A program made the translations under genes and the position numbers. The notes beneath the pieces were generated by a model. It ran no database searches, was not told where the DNA came from, and saw only the letters and a program-made list of their open reading frames with translations. Of a DNA stretch of 64,000 nucleotides, positions 1-12,531 are shown piece by piece (the first letter of the stretch is position 1; every line of letters starts with the position of its first letter). Source of the DNA: Paragordius varius (Eukaryota; Animalia; Nematomorpha); NCBI GenBank assembly GCA_964247055.1, contig OZ176050.1, positions 9,114,001-9,178,000 of the forward strand. The letters run 5' to 3'.

Positions 1-814
1 GAAATAATCTTTACAATGAAAACAATTTAACATACCAGCAACTACATGATTGTGTGTTAGACCTTTATTATATGTTTCTTGCTAAAATTGTGAAAGATGC
101 CAAACACATTGCAACAAATCCAACTCCCGACAATATATCTAGCGCTATATACCGTTACGAATATGCGCTTCGTGTCTACCCAACTCAAATAATTGCCCAA
201 ACCAATAAAAAGCCAATGAATACTGATTCCACCCACTCTAAATTAATAGAACTTAAATTACAAACCTTAGTCAATGTAGCGAGATGTCAACTCTATGTCA
301 AGGTAAACTTAGATAATAATTATTCTATATATTTAATTTTTATATCCATTTATCTATGTTTTGCAAAGCCAAAATTTTGAATAGATTTTTATATATTTTT
401 TTAAACAATAACAGGATATCGATTCTGCCATGAAATCAACGACCGCTGCCTTGGAACTTAACCCTGTTTATTTCGACGCATTGTACCACCGGGCCCTTGT
501 TAACAAAAAATTAAAGTAATAATAATTAATGTTTTAGCTTTTCATCCGCTAAAATTTTTTTAATATATTATATGTTTTTTTTAAAAAAATAATCATAATA
601 ACTATATATATAAATATTAATTTATCTATATAGCAAAATTGAGCTTGCCTTGTATGATATTCACCTCGCCAGACAACACATAAATTCCCAATATAAAAAT
701 GATGTATTTGCTTCATCCGAAATGGAAATGAGAAATAACCAATTAAAAAATAACCATAACTTATTGAATCAATTGGAACACAGTTTATACGCTACGAAAT
801 CTGTCCCGGTTTAA
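1..814 (+). CDS. 3' end of a TANC/rolling-pebbles-like TPR scaffold protein (partial; exons <1-302, 415-515, 634-814)
   Basis: The frame is open from position 3. The spliced product reads ...SSAIYRYEYALRVYP...LKLQTLVNVARCQL-YVK|DIDSAMKSTTAALELNPVYFDALYHRALVNKKL|NKIELALYDIHLA...V*, resembling the TANC1/2 TPRs (AQRYQYALRKFP, NLSRCRRK, ALELKPKSYEAFYARA). GT-AG junctions are phase-consistent. Confidence 0.75.
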
Positions 815-1477
815 TACATATGTACACAATATTTCGTTTGCTACTCTCATTGTATTTTATTTTTCTAAAAACTGTATTATTATTAAGCCCATGTATACTA
901 TATATATAAAAAATTATGGCATTACACGTGTATTTATGAAAATACCATAAATATATAATAAATTTTTAATAAACAATTATATATTTCTTTATAAAGTATC
1001 GAATTCGATTTAGTATCCAATAACCGTAATCACTATTTAATGGAGAATCGGATCGGTCGCCGATTTCAAAAAAGGATAAATTAATGATACAAAATAATAT
1101 TGTCATACACTTACAAAATAACCAGAAATTTTTTAGAGTAATATTTTACATCCAAGTATTTCGGAGTATGAAGTGTTTTCAGACATTTTCAGATATTCTA
1201 TACGCACATTTTTTTGTAATACGATGCTTCTGAACATTTCTATCTTCTCATTTTAATTATATAAAGTGTTTTTGGAAAATATATACTTAAAATTGGAAAT
1301 GAACAAATGCTTTAATATAAAATCTGAGGTCGTAAATACCATAAAATACGGTTCATCAATAAAAATTTAATTTTTTAATAAACTATACATTTTCAAAATA
1401 TTTTTTTGATGTCATAATCTACCATATATTAAAAAATTCTTATCGCTAAATTTCGGCATTATTGCGTTTGTTAAAAA

Positions 1478-1680
1478 AACTAGCCCATTTTGGTGGAAGC
1501 CAAAAATTTGAGACTTTCAGAGCGCGCATCTAAAAATTAATATTTTTGATAAAAATAATTTTTTGCTTTTTAAATGTAATATATATATACATTTAATGAT
1601 TTAATTTTTGCAATGAAGCAATTAGCTTTCACGAAAATTTTTTATTTAACATAAATGCTCAAATTTTGCTATTTTTTATA
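1478..1680 (+). repeat. Dispersed repeat family C (ACTAGCCCATTT...GACTTT...CACATCTAAAA)
   Basis: Similar blocks are seen by eye at about 8219-8280, 43470-43700, 45110-45180 and 58290-58510. Confidence 0.55.
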
Positions 1681-1794
1681 TGGACATTTACCCCCATATA
1701 TTAAAAGCCAAAAACCAAAGCACCACAAGAATCCTGATATATTTAATCAGAATCAGGATATTTTTGAGCTCAAATTGCACAGTGTATATTTAAA

Positions 1795-2950
1795 AAGCAA
1801 ACTCAGCCTATTACGCTTCGCTGTGATGTAGTTTCACTGATAATGAATCCGTCCAATAAAATTTTGCCTTAAACCGATGAAATCAAAGAAAGCTTATGCA
1901 ACCTTATCATATAAGGATGTTTTAACCATTTTTTACAGGATTTTGCATTCGCTAAAATATGGTAATTTACGCATTGCTCGCATCAAAACTGTCGTTTACT
2001 AATTTACTATTCAATATTATCATTGTATTTATTTCAATTAAATAATCAAACAAATGTTTTATTATGGAATTATGTACACGAATAAAACTTAAAAGAAATT
2101 CTTTTTTAAATATGGTCCCACACGTATTCCCGAGAATTTCAAAGCCATAATCTTTAAAAAAACACGGGGTAAGGGAATATTAGTATTAAAAAAGGCCTGA
2201 GTTATAATTGCTTTTGCAAAACAATTAAAAAATTTATCATTCTGAATAAGCCTTCACGTTGTTCAACTTGCTTCGAAATCAATTTCCCATTATTACCCAG
2301 GTGGGTAGAATGTGTGTTTAATTTCAAAAAAGCTTTCTCATCGATGTTGTGTATTTAAAATATTGAAAAAATATACTATGGCAACTGTTTAGGCTCCCAT
2401 GTTTTCTGGAAAATTGCTCTAAAGCCAATAATTTTAACCCATTTTTATATCACCGTAACGGAGGGGCTATTCCCTTTTGAAATGAGCTTACACATGTTCC
2501 GGAAAGTTACTTTGAAAATGTGTTAAAGCTCCTTTTTACAATTAGTAGGGCTAAACTGAGGCGCAAGAAATAAGCCGAGTCATTTTCGGCGCATTTGTAA
2601 AAAAATTATTGAAACTGATTGAGACCTCATGCTTTTCGGAATCGTGTCTCCTCAACAATTGTTCAAAAAACACCAATTATGATGGGCCAAATAAGAGGCT
2701 GATTAAAAAAAGGACTCATTCACTATTAATGCATTCGTAAAACAATAATAAAATACAATTCAAACTGAATGCGCCATCACGTTCGGAAACGTCTTTCAAA
2801 CTTATAATTTTAGATATTTCCAGTTTAATCCCTTACACCGGGCAGAGCTAAACTGATAAAAAAGGGGTTAAATATCGGCGTAAATGATTAAATAATTTTC
2901 CCTTTAAAGTTGAATGGGATTAACACGTTTTGCCTAAAAATCCTTGGAAA
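1795..2950. repeat. Degenerate Helentron/DINE-like element with inverted satellite units
   Basis: ACGCTTCGCTGTGATGT near 1813 is shared with the terminus at 40450. The reverse complement of 2116-2180 contains CTTACCC...GGGAATACGTG, as in the 12.6-14.2 kb repeat unit. Confidence 0.4.
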
Positions 2951-3369
2951 CCGACACTGTATAAATTTATGAATATAAGAGATTAATTTTTTTATGAAGA
3001 AGATTGAGATTTTTGGTCCCCACTAAAATGCGCTATAATATATGCGCAAAAAATCTCAAGATTGCGCGTGAATTTTTAAAATAGCTAAAGGTGCATATCT
3101 TTTTAATTTTTGAAATTTTTATTTTTTTGCAAAATTTTCTTCAACCGTATTTTATATAAAGGGTTATGCGAATGTATGAGTTGAGTTCATTGAGTTTATT
3201 ATATAATCTTATTTGACAAAGAGTGAACTATATAAAATAATTTAATTTTTATTAAGTAAATCACATTTTTAGTCTTTACTATTTCATAAAATTAAATTTA
3301 GATTTGAAAAAAAGTTCCATATTCTTGTGCGGCAAAAATGGGCAACAAAAAATAAAGTTAATGAATTTT

Positions 3370-4570
3370 ATACATCTGTGTGCAAAAAATTTTTTAACAA
3401 AATTTCATGAGATAGCTTATGACCAGCGTATTCATTTGCCGCAAAAATTTTTATTTGTTGACAACCTAGTTGTTGAAATATTGAGAGAAAATCGAAATCG
3501 GACAAAAAGTGAAAATTAAGGATTAAGGATAATTCAAAAAATAATAAAATTTGTAATATTATGGTTTATTATCATTTTAGAGATATTTTTAATATATAAA
3601 TAGCCTAAAATCATATAGTTAGGGTTTCTATAAAATTTAGCTCAAAGATGGCGGTTTTTCTTTTATAACACTTAAAAGACAAAAAAAATGCAATGAAACT
3701 ATATTAAAATAATTTTTTTTAATTATTTACTACCTAAACTCACTATTAAAATTTCATATTTTATTCAGTGAAAAAAACTAGTATATCAAAATCAATCCAA
3801 AAATATTGTTTTTTATTTTTGCATTTTTTGTCATCTGGTTTATGAGTTTATAAAAAATTTATACTGTTTTATTTTGGAATCTTACATGAGTGGGAATTAT
3901 TAAGTATATAATTTAGAAAAATAGGATTTAAAAGTAGTTAATTATCAACCAACCCTTACAAATCCTTGTAACAAGTCTTTTTTATGATAATTTAATATTT
4001 GTATTGGGATTTGTACGGATTTTTGGTTGATATTACACTAATTTTAAATCCTATTTTGTATAAATTATATACTTTATAATTCTCACTCATGTAGGGTTCC
4101 AAAATAAAACAGTATAAATTTTTTATACACTAACAAACTGGTTCTATTTTGAAATTAAGCTTTTTACTCAATAAATATGAATGTTATGATTTTAATAGTG
4201 AGTTTAGGTAGTAAATAATTAAAAAAATTATTCAATATAGTTTCATTAATTTTTTTGTCTTTTAAGTGTGATAAAAGAAAAACGCCATCCTTTGGGCTGA
4301 AACTTTAAAAACCCTAACTATATAGTTTTAGGCTATTTGTATATTGAAAATCTCTTATATATATGATAATAAACCATAATATTTCAAATTTTATCATTAT
4401 TTTTTGTATCCTTAATTATCCTTAATTTTGACTTTTTGCACGATTTCTATTTTCTCTCAATATTTCAAAAACTATGTCAACAAATAATAATTTTGGCAGC
4501 ATATGAATTCACTGGTCATAAGCTATCTCATGAAAAAAAAATTTTTTCGTTAAATCAAAATGACCCTCTT
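3370..4570. repeat. About 1.2 kb imperfect palindrome (foldback), centre about 3980
   Basis: Exact reverse-complement anchors: 3405-3426 with 4512-4533 (22 nt) and 3721-3750 with 4191-4220 (30 nt). The arms are colinear between the anchors. Confidence 0.9.
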
Positions 4571-4739
4571 TTTTGCACAATGTATATTATTAGAAACTGA
4601 GGATAATCAATATCGGATATATGTGATTAAAATACTAGATAAAAAGTTATTCAAATTTTTCTGTTATTAGCCAAAAACGAAAAATCGCATTTTTTATTAG
4701 GTCAAATAAAATTAAATACAATAGATGATTTAGATTTTT

Positions 4740-5420
4740 ATGAAGGGTCCCAAAAAGTTATTTTAAAATAATAGCTAAAAATCGCACTTTGTCGTCAAAA
4801 TTGAACCATAAAAATTTATTAATATGCGGTCAAAGATATTAATTTTTACAAAAACAATTATATATTTACTCTATAAGAAATTACCCAATATATCGCCTTC
4901 AAAAAAATTTAAGCCTTATAAGAAAATTATTTGATAATTTGGACCAAGGCGGAAGCTACGTAAAATTTTTACAAGCATCCAATATATGTTAGAATCAGTT
5001 TTTTCATACAATTCGATGGTGAAAAAATCTCAGATTTGATTTAGGGGATTCTTTTGCCCGAAAATCTTGATTATATACTTTTGGCACCATTTTGGCCTTA
5101 AAGGGCATAAAAGTTTCCTAAATTAAAAAACTGAGTCGATAGATCTTTCTACATCGATTTGAGTGAAAAATATATTTATATTATATATTGGATGTTATGT
5201 AAAAATTTTACGCATCTTCCGCTTTGTTACAAATTATCAAAAAAAATTCTTTTTATATAAGGCTTAAATGTTTTTTGAAAGAGATATATTGGGTCTTTAC
5301 ATGGAGTTATATGATTATTTTTATAATAATTATAATCTTTAACCGATATAGACCAGTTTTTATGAAATTTGTCGCCAAAGTGTGATTTTTTTGCTTATAT
5401 TATTGTAAATCTTTCTAGCA
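4740..5420. repeat. About 680 bp imperfect palindrome, centre about 5080
   Basis: 4907-4920 is the reverse complement of 5256-5269. GGCGGAAGCTACGTAAAATTTTTACAAGCATCCAATATA pairs with about 5185-5223. Confidence 0.8.
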
Positions 5421-5599
5421 CCCTCAGAAAAAATGTAAAATTTTATTATAAAATTATACAACAACTTTTTACCTTTTAAAGTGCCATTCTAGTAAATGAA
5501 CCTATTTCATAGCACATAAATATTATATCTGAAAAAATATAATCTAATCCCATAGAACTTTTTATTATTATTATTTATTGAAATATCAAATTAAAAGTT

Positions 5600-6470
5600 T
5601 TGCATATAGAGCCATATATTTTATATCATTCGAAATAGCGCAAAATACTGAATCTTTGAATGGTAATAAGTCATTTAACTCAACTTGTAAAAATTATTTG
5701 GCTTTATATGGTCAAAATTGTCAACCCTTAATTAAGTCAAAATTTTACAGACAAACTAATTTAATAATCTTTTAATATAAATATTAAGGTTACATTTATA
5801 TTTAATTTTAAAAAAGTCTTCAAAAAAGTCTTTGATTAGCTCTTTTAATAAAAATTATTGTTACCATAATCATTTTCTAGTGAATAGTAAAATGCATAGT
5901 TAAAACTGTAATTTGCATAATGGCTATAACAGAGCAAGAATACCATAAACTATATTTCTAGTCTTTAAAATTTTGAAATTATAAACCTTCTAAAGAAAAA
6001 AATTAATATGATTGTATTTTTTTGAAAATTTATAAAATTAAAATGGCTCTTTGGAATGACATAAAAGCAATTAATAAATATTAAAAAAAACTTTCTTGTG
6101 TTATCTTTTTGGGGATTTATTGCCATCTGCACAAAATTTGACTAATTTCATCCATTTGTTATAATAATAAATTAATTAAGAAAAACGTTCTTGCTTCGCG
6201 GATTTGTCGCTTCCTGGGTCCATATTAACTATTAATGTAAAAGATATTAGTATGAATTTTAGAGAGTTTTTTACTCTTTCGAATGATGATTACAAATGGG
6301 AATTTGTTGTATGTTTTCAAAGAAAAACATTTGCTAGTAAAAGTTTTAACTAAGAGGGCGCATAATTATTGTGCAAAAATACGAAATTCTTAGGTGGGAT
6401 CATTAAAATGATAATAAATATCAGAAAATGCACAAAACTCGAGTGGCAAAAAAAATTGTTATTTAGTGTA
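5600..6470 (+). repeat. Dispersed repeat family B, copy 1
   Basis: Colinear similarity to about 53960-54820, for example GAATGACATAAAAGCAAT in both copies. Confidence 0.75.
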
Positions 6471-6689
6471 ATATTTTGATTTTAGAATTAGTTGACACAT
6501 TTTCATCTATTGTATTTAGTTTTATTTGACCTAATATGCGAGAAAAATGCGATTTTTTGATTTTGGCTAATAATAAAAAAATTAAAATACTTTTTTTCTA
6601 GTTTAACCGCATATATTATTTCGATATTCATTATCCTGAAACTTTTAGCTATCGATTCACATATGATTAATTAACATTAATTTTTTGCT

Positions 6690-8090
6690 GCACACGACGC
6701 CATTTTTACAAAATTTTTGCAAAATATCATGTTTATTTAAACACTTGGATACAACACATTCAATTCAATCATTCGATTCCAATTGGGCTCGTTGAATAAC
6801 CCAGGCCTGTTTAAAATTAATTATTTTGAAAAATTTGGAATGAAGTGAACAAAAGTTATGCACTTATATAACATTAATGAACCGAAATATTAAAAAATTC
6901 ACTAAATTGATATTACTTATTTTAAGGTAAATAAAGGTAAAAATTTAGTCAACATGACATGAATGTCTTTAATAAATATGCAAAATAAACCACTTTTTCT
7001 GTTTCTATCAATGTTAGATGAGTTTAAATAAAAATTAGCATTGATTAACACTTCGATTCAAATTGGGGTATCTAAATACGCCAGACTAAATTTAAATTAA
7101 ATTTTTTAAAAAACTACTGAAGGAAACGGTCCCAATTTAAATTTATGCTTCTGATAAATATTATATAAATATGCCAAAATATCTTGATAAAATTTTGTTT
7201 TGAAAAAAAAAGTTCCATCTCAAACTACTTCGACGCCATTTTTATTTTACAAAAATTTTTAAAAATATCGTCTTCATTTAATTTTAAGAGTAAAACTAAA
7301 GCTTATATTTTATATAAATTACATCTAACATTGATAGAAATAGAAGCGGTTTATTTTATATTATTTTTTAATTTTACAATTTGACACATGTCACATTGAC
7401 TAAATTTTTACCTTTCAGTTTTAGCTCAAAATAAGTAATAGTATTTTTGAATAAATTTTTTTATATATTTAGGTTTATTAATGTTATATAAGTGTAAAAT
7501 TTTGCCATGGTTTGGATTGCTTCCATACTTTTTAAAGTATTTGATTTTAAACAGGCCTGGGGTATCCAACTACCCCAATTTGAATCGAAGGACTAAAATG
7601 AGTGAGTTGTATCCAAGTGTTAATTAAATATACATGATATTTTGCAAAATTGTAAAATAAAAATGGCGTCGAAGTAGTTTGATGTGGAACTTTTTTTTTA
7701 ATTAAATTTTATTTTTTCAGTTTATTTATATAATTTTTAGGATAGACGCATAAATGTAATTTGGGACTGTAATAATATAATTAAAAATAGTCTGGGGTAT
7801 ATACCCCATTTCGAATCGGAGTGTTAATTGTTTATTTTGTATTATTTTTAAATTTAGCTAATGCAGGCATGCCATGTTCACTAAATTTCTACCTTTGCTT
7901 ACTTTAAACTAGGTAATAAGTTTTAAATGATTTTTTTATTTCTATTCATTATATTTAAGTGCAAATTTTTGCCATGGTGTTAATACCTTCCATATTTTTT
8001 GAGATATATTTTTTAACAGGCCTAGGAATCCAACGACCTCAATTTGAATCGAAGGACTGCTATGAATGTGTTGTATCCAAACATCGTTTT
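6690..8090. repeat. Composite of about 350-bp family-A units in inverted and direct orientation
   Basis: 6800-6817 is the reverse complement of 7544-7561, and 7221-7252 of 7650-7681 (32 nt exact). 7850-8090 repeats 7380-7620 directly. Confidence 0.85.
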
Positions 8091-9043
8091 CACGCCGTTT
8101 TCATCATGTTTACTGTGAGCTTTAACAATATTACAAAATTAAATTTTGATGTCAGATCTATTATATTTTATAAAAAGTTTTTATCACCCAATCTTGACAT
8201 TTTTTTGTTTTTATTTAAAACTAGCCCATTTCTGAGGGATCCAAATTTGCGACTTTTGGAAACTACGTCTCACATTTTCGCTTTCTGAATAAAGCTTTGG
8301 ATATATTATATTGATATTTTTAGAAAGAGCATCTAGCTCAGAGTTGTTTAGTCCAAATGGCGGGCCGCATTTGCTTAAGAAACTGATGGCCTCATTAAAT
8401 GTAATACACATCAATAAATATTTTATTATATCTATTTTAAAATAATTTACCTCCATAGATCTACTAATTATGTAAATTTGTTTATTCTGTTATTTAGAAA
8501 GATACATTCAGATTTGCCCACATTTATAAAAATTAAAAAGTTATATTGAATTTTGATTCTTATCGGTTTTCGTCTATATAAAAATTAATAGATGATAATA
8601 AATATACCTTCAAGAACTCATGGCACTTTCCGAAAAAGTTAATGTGGTATATCTTATTACTTAACGGCTGAAATACCCCTTTATCAAAAAATTAAAGGTT
8701 TTATAAGCATAATACAGCTAGTTCTGAATATTATAATTAAAAATAATATTTTATAGTTAATGATATGAATTTTATAATTAATTTTTATAGCTATATTTTT
8801 CAATTTTTTTGGGGCTATTAAAATTTTTTGTATGACCCCGTGTTGGAGACCCCTAATCTTGCTCTCCAATAGCATGGTGTAAACTAATTAGATATTTGTT
8901 ATAGAGCAATTAGCATAAAGATAACTTATTAAATCTTTTGTTAGGCATTAAACTCAAAAGTACCATGATCATTTTTTATCAGATTATATAAATATCGGTA
9001 TTCACCCCCAATTTTATATGTGTAATTATAAAACATTTTTTTG

Positions 9044-9428
9044 ATGGGCTTATCTGATGTACCAGATGTTGATATAGAGGACGGCTCATTTAAATATATT
9101 TTAATTGAAGCGTCCGAAAATGGTAACAAAAAGCTTATTGTTCGTGGTTATGATTTGCCGTTTCATAGTAGTTACCAAATAACATTAGGTGATATATTCG
9201 ACAAAGTCAAAAGCATGGTCAAAGATCCTAAAATAAAACTTGTTTGTAAAGGTGGTGGAAAAATTTCACATGATTCGAAAAACAAATTAATAAATTTTTA
9301 TGGCTATTCACAAGTAAAATAGTTATTAAAGATAGGGTTATGGTCAAGCTAAGCATGCTCTTTCCAAAGATATTTTACAAAAATCTTATCCAGAATATAA
9401 TATAACATGGAGCGATGAAGGCTATTAA
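9044..9428 (+). CDS. PHPT1: 14-kDa phosphohistidine phosphatase (janus/ocnus family); exons 9044-9167, 9189-9313, 9336-9428; 113 aa
   Basis: VPDVDIEDGSFKYILI, IVRGY..FH, CKGGGKISHD and the C-terminus GYGQAKHALSKDILQKSYPEYNITWSDEGY*. The 22-nt intron 2 is required because it has a stop. The 21-nt intron 1 is inferred from family alignment only. Confidence 0.93.
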
Positions 9429-9584
9429 TTTATGTTAAATAATTTATTCAATTTAATTACAATAAATTAAGCATGAATATCACAATAATTTGCATATTTA
9501 ATTGAGTTCGGTTCTTGATGCAAGAAATGCTAAATTGTTACAAGGTGAAAATATGATTGCATTGTTTAGGGTAAATGTGCATTT

Positions 9585-10361
9585 TCAAAATTCATTTAAA
9601 TAGAGATCAGGGATCAAACCTCTACCATTACCTCCAACATTTACCATTTTAACCGTGTTACATCCAAAAAGTTGGTATTCATATTTTACAAGTTGTTGAA
9701 AAAATCCGATGTTAGGTCGTATGACTGGTCTAACCCGCTTAAGGAAGTGGTAAGCTTGCATAAGTGACATTTTTCTATGTTTCATGAGATAGGCCAAAAC
9801 TAGGGTGGCACTTCGACTGGCTCCAACCATACAATGAATAAGTGCCTTACCAGGCATTCCTGATTTCCCGGCCCTTAGAGAAACGTCTTTGATTCGATCA
9901 GCGACAGTATCAAAGTAGGGATATAATTGAGAATTTGTTGAGTCATCTATTCTTATAGCTAAGGTTTCCACACCTGGTACACGTAGGTTGGGGAAATCGA
10001 GTGTTACATTTACAATGAAGGTGATACCTTTGGCCCGTACTTTGTATTCATTTACGGCATTTGCTCCACAGATATATAAATGTGGGTTAACCTCGGATAT
10101 AGTGGTGAGACATAATATACTCATGGCGGGAGATGAAACCATTCGTGTATTATAAGGAGTAGCTGGCTGATTTTTGTTATAATCTTCATTTTCGGTTTGT
10201 TGATTATATCGATATGGGTTTGTGTTGAGCTCAGTTTTAGGAGATCTCAAAACACTATAAGGATCATCTGAAACTCTGTCTATGTTTGTTCGATATTTCG
10301 GAACCATTGTGTAGGAGGTATTTTCCCTCCTAACTGGCACAATGTATGATGTATTATGCAT
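9585..10361 (-). CDS. Atypical dual-specificity phosphatase (DUSP14/18/21-like), intronless, 258 aa
   Basis: Complete ORF with catalytic HCMVGASRSATLVLAYLM, an acid loop IRIDDS and a C-terminal RPNIGFFQQL motif. Confidence 0.92.
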   Translation of the reverse strand: MHNTSYIVPVRRENTSYTMVPKYRTNIDRVSDDPYSVLRSPKTELNTNPYRYNQQTENEDYNKNQPATPYNTRMVSSPAMSILCLTTISEVNPHLYICGANAVNEYKVRAKGITFIVNVTLDFPNLRVPGVETLAIRIDDSTNSQLYPYFDTVADRIKDVSLRAGKSGMPGKALIHCMVGASRSATLVLAYLMKHRKMSLMQAYHFLKRVRPVIRPNIGFFQQLVKYEYQLFGCNTVKMVNVGGNGRGLIPDLYLNEF

Positions 10362-12531
10362 AATTTGATGTTCTCAATTCTATCATATACCGGTATAAAT
10401 AAAAAATAAATATTAACCCGTATTAAAAATTATCCGATAAAACAAAAAAGTTAACGAACGATAAATATTATATTAATTTTACATTTTTGCATATATGATA
10501 TGCATATGGTAATAAATTATATTTTATCACCAAATTTGACACTATTAATGAGTAAATAAGGTTTATAAAACAAATTATGTGTTTGTGTGTCATTAACATT
10601 GCTTTGCTAAAATAAAATTATTTTAATAATGCAATAATTTAGACTATAATTTTTACAAATATTTTAAACGTAAAAATTACCGTCAGTGAGTTTGGTAAGA
10701 TTATTGGGGAAAATCGGATGAAGAATTAAATTACCAATACATATTGCTGATTGGTAGGGTGGAAAAGAGATACTATGATTTTGCAGATATAAATGTGTAA
10801 TCAAATTTATTGTACAAAAAATTGGAGGGGATAAAATATACTAGTTTCTATAGTTATTATATAAGTGATGAATCGTTTTTTGCCAATAATTTAAAATTAT
10901 AACAATGGTATAGTATGGGAGGGGAAATTTAATAATTAAAATTATTACGAACACAAACAAGAAACAAAGTAAAAAATGATAAATAGTAAATAGATAGATA
11001 ACTTGGAGGCATTTCCAATCACTTATTATTATAGATTATCATTATCATAGTGTTTTTGGGAAAAAAGTTCGCTAAAATAAATAATTAAACAATTACACTA
11101 TTTGCGAGCAAAATATTTGTTTAGTTTAAAATAACACAAAATTTGTTTCTATATACTTTTAAAATTTTTATACATGTAATGTTGCAATTTGCATAGTAGT
11201 TATAGTTTATTTCAAAATCAGATTAAAATGATCAATATTGATATTAGACTATAGTATGTTATACATGTTAGAGAGATGTACGCTTTGCATAATGTATAAA
11301 AAATTTGGCATTCTGGCGGTTTAATAATATAATAATATTGAATGAAATTATATTTACATCCAATATCTTATGTACAAGCCTAATAACAATATATTTTAAA
11401 AAAACTACAGTTAATATTTTTTGTTAAAAATTATTTGAATATACTTATTTACAACTAAATAACTATTTTTATGATGTCTTTTATAGCGCGCAATAATCTA
11501 AATTGGTAATTTTTGTAAGGAAGCCAAACACGAAACCTGGTACGTATCCAAAAAAATAAACATTTTAACCATTATTTAAAAGTATAAATAAATATAATGT
11601 GTGAAAAGATCGGTAAAAATTGTTTCTCTATGAATATGCGGAGCGAAATCCTGAAAATTTTTGAACAACTAATTTTTGACTAAGCTAATTAAAGATAGCC
11701 GCACCAATATAAGTTTAAATCATGTCTCATACGATAGCTACAAGCTTATGGTATATGAAAAACGAAATGATAAATACGGTTAAAATACTAGAAAAAAGTT
11801 ATCCAAAATTAAAAAATCGCATTTTTTCGCCCAATAAAATAAAATAGAGGAAAACGCGTCAAATAAATTTTATTTTTTAATATGTTTCATAAGATCATCC
11901 AAAGCAAAATATCATCGATTAATATTCTGAGTTTTGCAGAAGGTTTATAAAAGACTTGCGTTGATGTCAAATTTGAATAAAAAACTTGAGCGGTAATTTT
12001 TAATTCAACTATCATGTATTAGCAGAATGTATAAAGTTTACCCAATAGATATATATAAATAAGAATTTCTCAACTAATTTGCTCTGAGCGGAAGTAGCAA
12101 TTCTTTTTATAAAACCTCTTAGTTTAATATAATCATTCATCTATTTGGAGGGTATCATACCTCATAGTTGTGTATAACATTTAGGTGTTTGGCATATGAT
12201 CCTGGATTTTGGGCGTAACCGTATTCATAATATATATTGGAGGTTTTAAAAACAAAAATTATCTTTTACCACATAAGCAAGATCTTTTATTCAAATATTA
12301 CGCCAAATTGCGATTTCTTAGCTTTAATTCTTGTATATCTTTTAATGATAATATATTTTAGGTTTCTTCTTAAGATCATTAAGTTGGCGAGGCGATTGTA
12401 TTTAATTTTATTTGAGCTAATGTGGGATAAAATTGCGATATTTTGATTTCTTTTTTCTAATTCGCATTTATTATTTCAAAATTCCTTAATCCTGAAGTTT
12501 TTAGTTATTAATGATTTATTATTTATATTTT

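Noticed and set aside
8941-9129. 62-aa minus-strand ORF
   Set aside because: Its 5' half is antisense to PHPT1 coding sequence. Only the part from ATG 9036 is kept, as a speculative finding.
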